Of a DNA stretch of 64,000 nucleotides, positions 12,801 through 25,294 are shown one piece after another. Location: assembly GCA_002633005.1 (NCBI GenBank), contig NMRA01000002.1, positions 2,869,194 through 2,933,193 of the forward strand, read 5' to 3'. How positions within the stretch are numbered: position 1 is the first letter of the stretch; each line of letters starts with the position of its first letter. A program made the translations under genes and the position numbers. This stretch comes from Phoronis australis. Taxonomy: Eukaryota; Animalia; Phoronida. The notes under the pieces are model-generated. The model was not told where the DNA came from. It worked only from the letters and a program-made list of their open reading frames with translations, and did not search any database.

Positions 12801-15800
12801 AGTTGAGATCATTCCGGAACAATGAAGGTTTTTTAAGTTCTACACACCGCTAATTAGGTCAAGCCAAAATTCTATCAACGAAGTCGGTTTAAATCAAAAT
12901 AGTAATCGGTCCGTAGTTTTATTGTGTGTAATAAAAAATGCTAACACTATAACGAAAGGTTCCACTCCAAAATACGAATCAAACTCATTGTTTTCAAAGA
13001 TGACGTTGTTTGGGACTTTGATTTCAAAAGCTTGGTGCTTTTGTTGAAGAACAACTCTGTGACTGCAACAAACTGCAACTGATCTCTCAGATTCTTTATA
13101 TTGAGTCAAACTCACTCACATTTGAGTAGCTGTTCATCTTGCAGATGTTCCTTAAATAAAAATTAACAACTTTTCTAAATACTGAGCAGTTCAGCCTCAA
13201 TCTTTAATTCCTTTGGGGATGAGCATGGTTTGCCTGACGATTTCTCTTGTATGATATACTACATTGAATTACCAGTTTTGACATGATGACTTTGGCCTTA
13301 TTCCTCTGTTTGAAGCTATCCTTGAGTGAAAAAATAAGGAATAAAACGTTCATTTCGAGTGCTTTGTATATAGTGAGTACATCTTGATGTGGGATCTAGG
13401 TGATTCAGTGAGAGGGATTGAATCAAATTGACCTGTTGTACTTAAAGTAGTAATTAATCCACTTTTCCTGGTAGAAACTAACTTTTGATGGGGACCTCTC
13501 ATCTCTGCAAAATTTGTTCCCGTGTGCCTTACTCATTCATACGAGAATGAATTGATTTTTGGTCTTGCAAAAAAATGACAATTTGTTACTGCGAGTGCTC
13601 TGCGGACAAAGTGACACGCCGTGACAAGTCAACTTGTAGAGCCTGGATTCAAGTTATTGTAATAACTACCACTTCTTTCCAAGCCTATAAACCATTTTTG
13701 TCCGTTATGACTAAAGAACAAATTGAGATCAATTTCATAAGGTACGCGGCCTAAATCAAAATTTTTCATCACGGAAAGAGGGTTTAAGGCTGAATTAAGG
13801 ACACTTTAATGGAACCTTTAACATTGTGATACATCTTCTAAAAAACATAATTATGTGTCATTTGGCTACCAATATTTAATATGAGCTGTCTTTCTTTTAG
13901 GCATTGTTCTTGCTAGCCATCAGGTGTCTCTGCACTATGCTGACGGAACATCCACACTTCAACTACGCCACAAACATTGTGTCGCTTATCGTCCCTTATA
14001 TGCAGCATAAAGACAGCAATGTAAGTTCACCTGTCGTTTGTATTCAGCCACAAAGAGTTTGTTCTTCCGAGTATTTAGAAAATGGCGTGGTGCTGAGGAT
14101 TTAACTCTTGATAACTATTTCTCATAAATTCTAACCCATTTAGAACACAATATGGCAGAAAAGGAATATGTTTTCCAAAAGATTTATAGCAGCAAATAAA
14201 TGCTTGATGACTTGAAAGTTCTGTGCATTAGTTACCATCAGACTATGTTTTTAGAAACTGTGGCTGTTCAAAAAAATTACAAGCCTTTCAGAAAGTCAAT
14301 TTTGGCAATTCCAGGGCTGTCAACCGTTACATAATCTATGTACTTTAGAGCCTAAATATAGTGAGGCTGTTATTTTCCATATCTAGACCTCTGGTGGGAT
14401 GTGGAGGAGTTAAGTCAGCATGTCAAAAATGGCTAAAATAAGATAAAATCAGAACGGAAGATTATATTAACCGAAAATAACACTAGAAAGCTCAATTCTG
14501 ACCATAGTATTTTTCCACAAATTGAGAGGTGCTAAATGAATGTGTCTTTTGAAAAATTATGAAAAATTTGACAGTCGTCATGTGAAATGAATATGTCTCT
14601 CGGTAGTAGACATGTTATCTAAAAGATTCTCAATTACCGTTAAACATTTTCAATCCAAAATCTTTGTCAAATAGAATGTTTTCCACAGATCAACAAGATT
14701 AATAGAAAATTTCACTTCGTGATTAATTGGAATGGTGTTTTTTGTTTGACGTAAATTATGAGAGAATGGGTAAATGAAAATATTGTATTTTGCAGGCCTT
14801 AAAATAACGCTGTTTTTACGTCTCCACGTGTTTGGCTTATGTTTGTGTTTATGGAACTTATAGCTTCACCTTGAAATTCATGAAATTCCCATTTCTTGAT
14901 AGCCCCTCCTGCAAAAGTTTAACTTTATCAAAATAATTCTAAACAGGATTTCCAAGAACAGTGTTCTATATTAAAGTTTCGTTTGAATCCGATCAGCCAT
15001 TTGTGAGATTTGGTGTTCAGACGTTAGGATCTTAGGTGATCTTAAATTTTGTAAGGAGCATAAGCGTTGTGTCATTCCTCCAGGTATCGGACACTGTGTG
15101 TCATTCAGCCAAGAAGGTATTCAAAGAAGATAAAACAGGGGAGATCACTCTGGATATTGTGAAGGCAACTGGGAAATTTATCAAGTCTAGAAATTTTAAC
15201 ATCAAGCCAAAGGTATGCAAGACGCTTTAAGGCTTCTGGGTGGCCCACTACTCTCCTTTGTGGACCTGCCACTCATAATTGACCGTTATACACCTATACC
15301 TGACGGGAAAACTTCACCGCTACGCAAAAATTGCAAGGAAAAATGAATACGCAATAAACAAGTTACATGGCTACTGTCGATGTTTGTTAGTTGAAGGGGA
15401 AAAACAAGAATTTAAAATCAGATTTTGAACTTTACCACTGGTTAAACGTAACCATTTTACTCCTGTCTTCTTCGTGTTCACTTAGTGACATGACCGACAT
15501 TTGGTACTGCCTGGTTATCTGACAATGCGCAGCAATTGAGTACAGTCGGGGACCAGGCGTGTACCTTAGTTGACATTAGTTTTCTGAAATAGCGAAGTGC
15601 CGCAGGACACTGATGAAGTTGGTGGAGAAACGGTAACTTATTTGTCTTATCGTGGTCTTTGTTTACATAAGAGGTCGTACAACAATGTGAATTATACTGT
15701 ACAAAATAGTCAGTAGTTTAATAAACCACAGACCAGTCTAGTTATCTCGTAAGTCATCTGCATGGAATGGATGACTAAATCGTCTGCTATGCCAATCCAA

Positions 15801-18800
15801 CTGATTTACGTTGAGCAGGCACATACTAAATGATATTAACGGAAATTTCTTAATACAAGACAGCTCGTAATCAGGTCTGTATTTTTTATTCTATGTATGA
15901 GCCTAGAGCCAGAGAATTCATTTTAGTGAGTAGTCTGAAGCCCTGTCGTGTGTCCGCTTACTAAAACAACTTTATTGATGATTGAATTATGTTAGAATGA
16001 TACAAAACGCTTCAAAAACTGAGATCACACAATGACACTTCATTGCAGCGTTGGGCTTCGCGTCCGTTGCAACCATACACCATCATTCTCTTGTCAAAAC
16101 CCAGGCAGTGGGGAATCCCACTTCCTATGCTCGCGTGCGGCAACAGGCTTTGCATCCCACTAGGACCATTCACAACTATGCTTCTTTAAAAACCCTGGGG
16201 AAACTGTGAGATGTATATGCCTTAGAAATGTTCAATGTCAAGAAATCACCACAGTCAAGTGTATGCAATATTATGATTTCTGGTGAATTCGGTTTCTGAA
16301 CATTTATGTTTCATGTATTTGTGTTGAAGGTCTTGGACATATTTTTGTCTTTGAAAATCAAAGAAGTTGATACTGGTGAAGATAAAACTGGTGACAGTGA
16401 AAAGAAAAAACCGATGATGCGTAAGGAAAGGATGAAGATATTCTCCCGTCGTGAACGAAAGGTATGAGAGTTTATTTGATAAAAATGATGTTAATCCTAG
16501 TGTTTATGTGTCACTTATGAGATTTAACACTTTACAGTGTGTATTTTAAGCCATTATAAACCTGACTTCCACCAAGAAAATAAGTTATCATTTGACCACT
16601 TGCCATAACGACATTGGGCTCATCTTGTGATTTCTGCTGTTTTTTGTCAAAAGGCATGGCTTGATGACTTGTCACAGCAATTATTCCTTTTTATGCGTGG
16701 CCTCAGGTAACAACAAAACTATCAGTTCTTTCTAAACCCAGAAACCACTTCTCATGATCAATTGACTTTTATCCATTCATACTTGTGTTCAGCGTATTCT
16801 TAGTTGACTTTCAGATGAGTTATGACGTCTGCAATATTTATAGGTTATTACATGGCGAAGTCGTTATCCCCCATATTCTAGAGCCCGACTGGATTTTGGA
16901 GAATTATCCACGAGGGCTCTAGATAAGGGGGATAACGACTGAGAACATTTAATAATCTATACCACATGCTGAACGAGAAACATTGTAATGAATCGATCTA
17001 CATTTCTCGACTCGCCTTGGCTTTGTAACTACTTTCTATGTCAGAGACCCCGGGGTCGGAAGCCGTGAACTTTTCAGAAAAGCCAAGCTATTTTGTCAAG
17101 TAATGCGTTTTTACTCAAAACCAATTGAAAACTTAAACAAAATAGAAGTAAAGTGAATCTATAAATTAAGATTTAACGACTATTATAGCTTACTACAAAT
17201 TTTATCACGCTAAGTTACGACCGGGAAAATATCGTCTGCTAAAGTAAGTCACCACTGGTAACTGCGTATAATGCTCAAGTCAAAGGATCCCGACGACACG
17301 ATATCCGCATTCAAATTGGAGATCGGTGATTTATAAGTGAGAGAACATGAGAGAAAAAATATCATGTTTGTGGAAATTAAATGTCGCTACAATGCCCTTT
17401 GTTGAACATAAGATTGTTGTGCGTGCTCATTTAAGTATTCTATTTTCACGTTCGATGACATCAGCTGCTGAGTGGTCTAGTGGTAAAGTCGACAACTCGA
17501 AACTCTTGCGGACCAGCTTCGAAACTGGCCCCGTTCCCGCCAAAATGTTATCTCACTAGTGAGATAACTAAAGGGGTTATTACACGGTTATATTGACCAT
17601 TCGAGGCTAATATTGTGGTATAATCATGGTCATTTGATTCTTGAAACTCTTGGACAATTATTGACGATATGCGTTAGATTTGAGCCAAGTCCATGAATAT
17701 CCACAAGAATGTCACTCCTGTTTTATAAGTACTTTATTAGCGCCGTACATTGGTCCATGAAATTTGTGAAAACTTCCAAGAAAAACATGAAAATTGAGAA
17801 GTGGTTTGTGGTCGTAGTGGAGATGTGGCAAAGATAGGCTTTTTAGTTTTAGTGGATTTTTGTGTTCGACCGGTTGTTCTGGACAGTGGACTTTAATATT
17901 TGCGCAGATTCTTGAGAACTATGCGACCGGTTCAAGGTGGCATGCACTGATAAAGATGTATTAACTAATGATAATGTATAGCAAGAACTAAACGGCAATG
18001 CTGTTTTAGCATATACGATAAAGTAAGTTTGGTGTTGTATTCATTGACAACTTGTAAATGTGAAAACAAAATATTCTGCAATAAGGTGACCTTTGCGGTA
18101 TTGACGTACCTCGTGGGCTCACATGGCCCGCATCATGAAGTATTATTCCCCAGCACCACGTCACGATGCTGGACAGGGTTGAGGGATTTGCGGCAGATCA
18201 TTTTTGCCACAAAACTCGTTCTTAAAAAGATCTGGCAATCTTCAACCTACTTCATATTCAAATATTCACTGTATGTTGTGTTTCTTACTAATTTGGCCAA
18301 ACAATCACAAAGATGAAGATTCAGCCTGCGAGTTCCCCTTTAAGGGTATGTAGGACTTTATTGACAAGTCTGTGTTTTAGTCCAATATTTACAATCTATA
18401 GATTTTACTTCCAGTAAAAGTATATATTTTCTGAAAGCAGAAAGCCTGCATAATTTGATTGTAACTTTTACTACTCTGGTTAGTAATTTGGCTGCATGAC
18501 CTTGTCTTTGTAATAAAACTTAGCCAAAATGAAAGGTGCACTGATATCAAAACGATGGTGTCATTGACATGACCACATTTCGTTTAATATAAATGAAATC
18601 TCAAAAATACTGTAACAGTTATAGTTTTCTAAATTATCATTTCATTGTGTGCAACTTCTGAATTTTCTCACACAGACAGTAAAAGTCCTATTTTTGATAG
18701 CACTCATGCAAACGTGGAACATTTTAGTAACAATTCCTTGCAGAATTTGTGAGAAGAGTGTAAAAGGGACCAAAAGCTCCATATGAATCCATATGAATCC

Positions 18801-21800
18801 ATGTGAATCCGATCAGTCATTTCTAAGATAACGTTCTGAAGTTAGCCAAATTAGGACTTTTTTCTTGGGTCATGCGCAACCTTGAAGCCTTTGTTGGCCG
18901 GATTACTGAGAAATAATTCATTTCAACTTAGGTGTGAACATTGTATCTTTAGCGACGATTAGATGCCGCTGTGGAACATTAAAATTCAGTACACATTTGT
19001 CACCTACTGTGACAGTGTGCGTTTGCGTCATGCAGTTAAAACAACCTCCGCTCAATCAGCAGATATCAAAGTGGTGCAGGATAATTGTGGACCAACTAGA
19101 CTGCTGTCACTATGTCCTAACAGAGTGGAGCTTACTGATTGCATTAACTCTGGAAGGCTGCCCTCCTTTGTCATATACAGTCTTCCGTCATCATTATGTA
19201 TCGTGTGACTGAAGCCACTCTGTTTCCTGACCTCTTTCTTATCAGTGGAAGTCCTCCTAAATGCTGCTTGTTTCAGATCCACTTCATCGTAGGAGAGCGA
19301 TCTCCTAGCCTGTGACTGCTGCGATTCTCGTCGCTGCTTTTCATTGAAAGATTTGCGTTTTATGTCATCAAATGGCTTGAGAGTGACCTTTGGTTCGGGC
19401 CTATCCTGATTCTCTTCATTGTCAATGGTGTGGCGCCGTTTATCGACACTGCCTTGCCGAGAGTTCCTCTTTATAGATGACGCTTGCATTTTTTTCGTTC
19501 GTGAAGCCACATGAGCTGTGCTGTCTGGACTGTCCTCAATGGCAAATGTTTCGGGAACCGTCTGAAGATTATCAAGTGGCTGCAAAATGTCCATGTTTGA
19601 TTCCGGCATATCCTGTTTCTCTTCATTATCTATGGTCTGGTGCTGTTTAGCGACACTATGTTGCTGAGACTTCTTCTTTTTAGGTGACGCTTGTGTTTTT
19701 TTCATTCTTGAAGGGGCTTGAACTGTGCTGTCTAGACTGTCCTCCAGAGCGGACGTCTTGGGAACCATCTGAAGATCTTCGCTTGGCTCGATGCCATCCT
19801 CCTTATTAGCTTCCCATTGGTTAATGTGAGGAACCGCATCTATTCGTGTTTTGGTGCCTTGTTTGGTCAATTTCAATCTGCTTTGTTGAGATGGTGAAAC
19901 TTTGAGAATAATGTCTCTTTGCACTTTTGAAGTATTCTGCCGTTTACTAGACATTCTTTTTAAGAATGCTCCAGCAGGTTCGTCAGAATCGTCATCTTCT
20001 GATTCAGCGTCTTCGTCAGATGTTTGGCGTGATTCACATGGCACACTGAGTGTTCTCTCATCTCCTAGTGTTGTGGAAAAAGAAAACTCAGTGGTGCCCA
20101 CTTTTGAAAAAAATGTCCTCATTTTCTCTTGAAGCTGTTTTAATTTCTGTCTGTTGTTTTGTTCTTTTGTTTCATACTGTGGCATCCTTTTACCACTAAA
20201 TTCTGAAGTATTAATTTTGATGTGTTTAGCACTCTGATCGATGAGTTTTACTTTTTCAGCCTTAACAGTTAACGACTTGAGACCCACCTTATGATTTGCC
20301 TCACGCAGTGCAGCTCTTTCTTTGTAACATTTACTGCTGGAAGGTTTGTAAGATTTTCTTCTTTTCGTTTTGATTTCTTCGCTTCCGAACACTTTTCCTT
20401 TCTTTGCTACATGGACGCTATCTACCTTGGGCATTTCGTGTTCATTACTCATTTCATCGCCCATCTGTGGGAAGTTTGGTGATTCGTCAGGACTCATAAA
20501 GTGCTTTGTTGTGGGATCTTGGATTTTGATTGGATGGAGGAACAAGTATCTTAATCGGTTACTGGAAGACATCAGAATCTTAATTATCAATAAGTTTGTT
20601 TTAATGTAGTCTTTCGTTCACATGTGCTGTGGGATTCTGCAATTTTGTGCCCTTGCCTTTTGTAATAAGACATTCAATGAAGTAAAAGGGAAGAAAAGAT
20701 GGTCAATGATCTTGATAAAACTAACTACTGCTCAACACTTTGTGTTGAATACATTATGGGGCATGTCAGGATTAGACTTACGCCAGTTATGTCGGAACAG
20801 TGATTTGTAATTGTTCACAACAATACTCGTATCTAGTGGTCTTATAGGTATTTGAAGAACGATTGACTATTTGCTTGGAATTTCTAGAATATGCTTGAAT
20901 TGGTGGAAAACTTCGGAACAAGTAATAAGTGCTCCGGCATGAGTGTTATTCACTGACAGGGCAAACATTTACAGAATCAGCAGTTACATAGTTGATAGAT
21001 ACTTAGACAATCGGTGTTCTCTACAGGCTGTTTTTGACCCATCAGTGTGTTGATTTTGAATTTTGTTGTGACGAGTTTGGCTTCCTTGTATCTAGTTTGA
21101 AAACCTAAGCAACATGTTTGAATTATTGGGAGATTAGTCATTTTTAAAGCAAATTGGGAATTTTTTACTTTTGGCCCTGTTCACCGCATTTATTTCGAGG
21201 CTTACTCACAGTTTTCAGTATAGACACGTTCATGAAGTTTGAATTTCACCCTAGTTTAATTTTTTTTTGTTGTTGAGAACACTGTCAATAGGGAGCTAGC
21301 TGTAGGGACAACAAGTGTGGCAGTTGCTGAAAGTGACTCAAGAGGTCATCACATTGACACAAGTTGACAATTCACAATACTGACTAGAGCAGAAGAGCGT
21401 TGTGTCTGCAGTTTTGTCTGAATAGAAGTGTGTGTGTTCGCTGGTGATTAACTGGAACCAGCCTTCAGTTTATCATCCCACTGTAAGCTATTAGCACTGG
21501 TCAGCGATGACTTGCACCCACCTATCCACAGGGAAAACATGGCATCACTTAAGTTGTTAATTTCAATGCAAACAACACCAGATTTTCCATGTTTTTCTGA
21601 CAGGGATTCTCAAAACACTTTCTCTGCAAAATAGATTTGAGTATTGGGAATGAGCACAGTACCATGTTAAACGATTGTGTCTGCAAGCAAAGACATCTAA
21701 CTGGTGTGCCAAAGAGGAGTGGCTTTTGATGGTGGAAACTTCATTCTTTAAGAGCCGTAAGTAAAGTTGTTCCACTGTGTAACAAGAGAGGGCTCTGATT

Positions 21801-24800
21801 GTGTTTTGTGGCCAGCACGTGCAAGCGTAACGCTGTGATCTGTGCCACTTAGCTATCCACGCCTCTCTCAGTGATTCCTCAAGAGGTGGCACCACTCCTG
21901 TCCATCGATCCAGTACATGGAATGAGTCCGATTCAACAGTTACATCTGGAAGTGAGTTGGCAAAGTAGTCAACGATGGTCGGCACATATTTCTTACTGTT
22001 CCTGTAATTAATAAAACACACTGTTTGTGTTGGACTAATCAGAGTGTTCCTTTTTTCTATCACAAATTTATTGAATTCATCCTCGAATGATGGCTTTGAC
22101 TCGTGACACCATGTTTTCCTACGTCCCGACTCTCGCTGTGAAGTTCGTTTCAAAAGATGCTGCAACTTTAGGTACTTACTCCGTCTCCGGTTTTGCGAGG
22201 AACTTGTGAGGTACGATTTCATAAAGCTCTCACTTGCCTGTGGGCAATATTTAGCAACGTCTATTCTTCGGTCATTGGTCAAAGCTTGTGGGCTATTGTC
22301 AATTTCTGTGGTTTGGGTTTTTCCTGACGTAATCTTGTCAGTCCCATCGCTCAAACACTTGTCCATAGAAAATAGTACACTTTGCTACCTTTCGACTAGT
22401 GCGTGTTCTTAGGTATAGTATTCTCTTAAATTAAACCTATGAAACAAGTGTGTGCTCATTGTCTGAATGGCCTTGAGGCTAAGTTACTATACCGTGCATT
22501 ATGGGAAAATCATTTGTAACAAATACATCACTAACTGTTTGATGTCATGTAAATTTGCAACTCTGTTGGCCTTTCATATCGAGCTCATTCGTACAATTTT
22601 GGTCAATGTCCGTGCCATGTTGTTGTGCACATTACTGTGTATAATAATAATCATACCAGGTTTTGCAATAGATTTCCTTCCTCATTCGACCCTCTTATTT
22701 TCTAATAGAATCAGAAATATTTTTTGTAAGTGCAAAATCAGATTACATTTCTTGCCTCCACTATTGCAAGAAAGTTTCATTTTTTCAAACATAAAACCTT
22801 CGATTGGCTGATACTTGGAACATCACTCTCATCTAAGAAATACACTTTTTAAGTAATCGTGAATTATATCGTATCATTCTCACCTTATATTCCAGAATTT
22901 CGTTTTAGCGGGAAATGCATTTCACAAGCTTAAATTGTATAATTATTGTGTACATGATGACATCTTACAGAAAATGACGAATGATCAAATGTGCACTTTC
23001 CATTGCACTTTTGCTAGTTTCAATAGTGGTGTTTTCATCATTTCAGAAGATATTTTTTGTGTGATTTGAATCTGTTGGTTATTTTCTAGAATGCAGAACT
23101 TTCTATGCTGCTTTTTTCTGGGGAAAATTCTCTCCCCTTTAGGCTTAAGTCGGATGTTTGGTCTCGATGACCACTCAACTATTTCTGAAAACTAATTTAT
23201 CTCACTTCCTCAAAATACCAAGTTTCTGAGAATAGACCTATAACTGCTAATTAAGGAGTGATATCCACAACTTATTGCTTATCTGCAACGTGGTGACATT
23301 TACATTTGTGGAAAAAATATTCAATAATGGTAAGTCATAAATTCTGACTTGAGGGCACAGACCAGGGCTTTTCCGTGCATTATAATAAGTTCATGAAACT
23401 TGTAATGAAATTGAAAGTGCACCCACCAACATACCCGGTTTTACCGACGCCTCAGTACGCTTAATTGGACGAGCTGTGGACAGGCACTGACTAAGCTAAA
23501 GAACACCTTGTCATATACCAGTTGTGTTGAGTACGTTCAGCTGTCTGGCTCGCAAAGGGTCTTTAGGTAACTCGGATAATTTTTAACCCATAAATCTAAT
23601 ATATTAGGAAGCATTTAAATGAAAATAATTCTTGCATAATCGTAGTCAAGGTATTGTTTTTGGGTAAGAAATAATTTTCACGGAGTTCGATATTGTAGAC
23701 ATGAAAAGTTTAGCATGACACTTGAAAATTCCACTTATTCATGCTATTAGCTACAAATGTGCTGTCTTTTTATGCAAGGCTATGGAGACTAGGTTATAGC
23801 TGCTTTGCAGAAGTGTAGTGCACATGTCACGAAGTAGCTGAAGCATTGCATACTGGGATTGACCCGAGTAACCTGCCTTGCATTCAATAAGAAAAGCACT
23901 TCGAAGCGCTTTCCGCGAGCACTTCGAATTGTTAGACATCACTAATGAACGATCTGTTATGCAGCTTGAGAAACGCCCGCCAAAAGGAGGCGCTTTCTAC
24001 GAGCGCGCCGTTAAATATCGCAATATCCCGAAACAGTTCAAAGCGCTTTCCTTATTGAGTGCAAGGCAAGTGTCGGCAATGGTTTGCGAGAACTCAGTAG
24101 GCCTACAAACAAATATGAATAAATAAAATTTGACAGAAGTAGATGTGACAGGGGCTGTCATAAACAATCCAATTGAAGCGTGCTCCATTTCAAAGCTCAA
24201 ACGTTGGCTGCGTTGTACAAATGTAAGCAGGAAGGACTTGATCTTCTAGCACTGTAAATACTAGTACTAGAGTTTTTCGACCCTTTTCACACTATTTTGC
24301 ACTTTCATATAAATGTTGTAGATATACATATTTTTCCGAGACAATGCAGTGGTTACTCGGACCTTTCCCAAGACACATCGTGGAACCATGGGGCATGGCT
24401 TTCAAAATGCCAGATCTGCATATCAACTATTGATTTTTTTTTGTTAAAAATGGTAAAGTTTTTGCGTTAGACCACCGATTTTTTAGGCTGAAAGACATCC
24501 ATGGATGCGTAATATGTATCTAATGAAATGTAATCAGTTAACGGAATTTGCAAGTTTCATGGGTGAATTTTCATGCCTGGAAGTTATTGCGATCTATGTG
24601 AAAAATTTCATACACTTGTCTCTGTTAATATGTGGTTTCATGTATTGAAAATTAGTACCGTATTCGCCCTAATAAGCGTTCATGCCCCTACAAACATCCC
24701 CCAGGCATTTTCAGTCTTTGCTAAAATAAGGGACGAGTCCTATTATGTTCTGGCCTTTCAGCACAGACACAGCGTACTTATCAAAGCGATTGTGTTGTAT

Positions 24801-25263
24801 CTTTCTTGTACAGATCTTCTCCCTCAACAGGAATTATCCAAATTTCTTTGAACACGTGAAAACCGCGAATCGAAGACTAGTAAAAACTTGACCTTTGTTC
24901 AGTTAAAATAACGTGGCTAGGAAGGGCGCGCTACATTCAAGAATCTGTCATCGAAGATTAGTCTTCGAGAACTATTTATTCATGAAATGGGTAGCATAGC
25001 ATCCACAAGAAATACTGGCACTTATTTCCAAAAGTTTCTAATACCATAAAATACGTTTGCGTTATTTTTAAGGGGGAATTATTAAATTAAAAGTAATTGG
25101 TATTTTAAAGTCAAAATGACCCACTGATAGTGAACACTTCTGCACCCTTACACCCCCCCCGAATCTCCCGAAAAATAACTGTTGGACTGTCACGCATCCA
25201 GTCACCCGTCTACTCAGTGACATCGGCCTTACCGAGACAATTCTCGAACATTTTTTAGCAGAT

Positions 25264-25294
<31 letters not shown>

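Noticed and set aside
17464-17533. Functional tRNA genes (also 43219, 35592, 50622)
   Set aside because: Stems do not pair into a cloverleaf; the segments are degenerate or embedded in repeats
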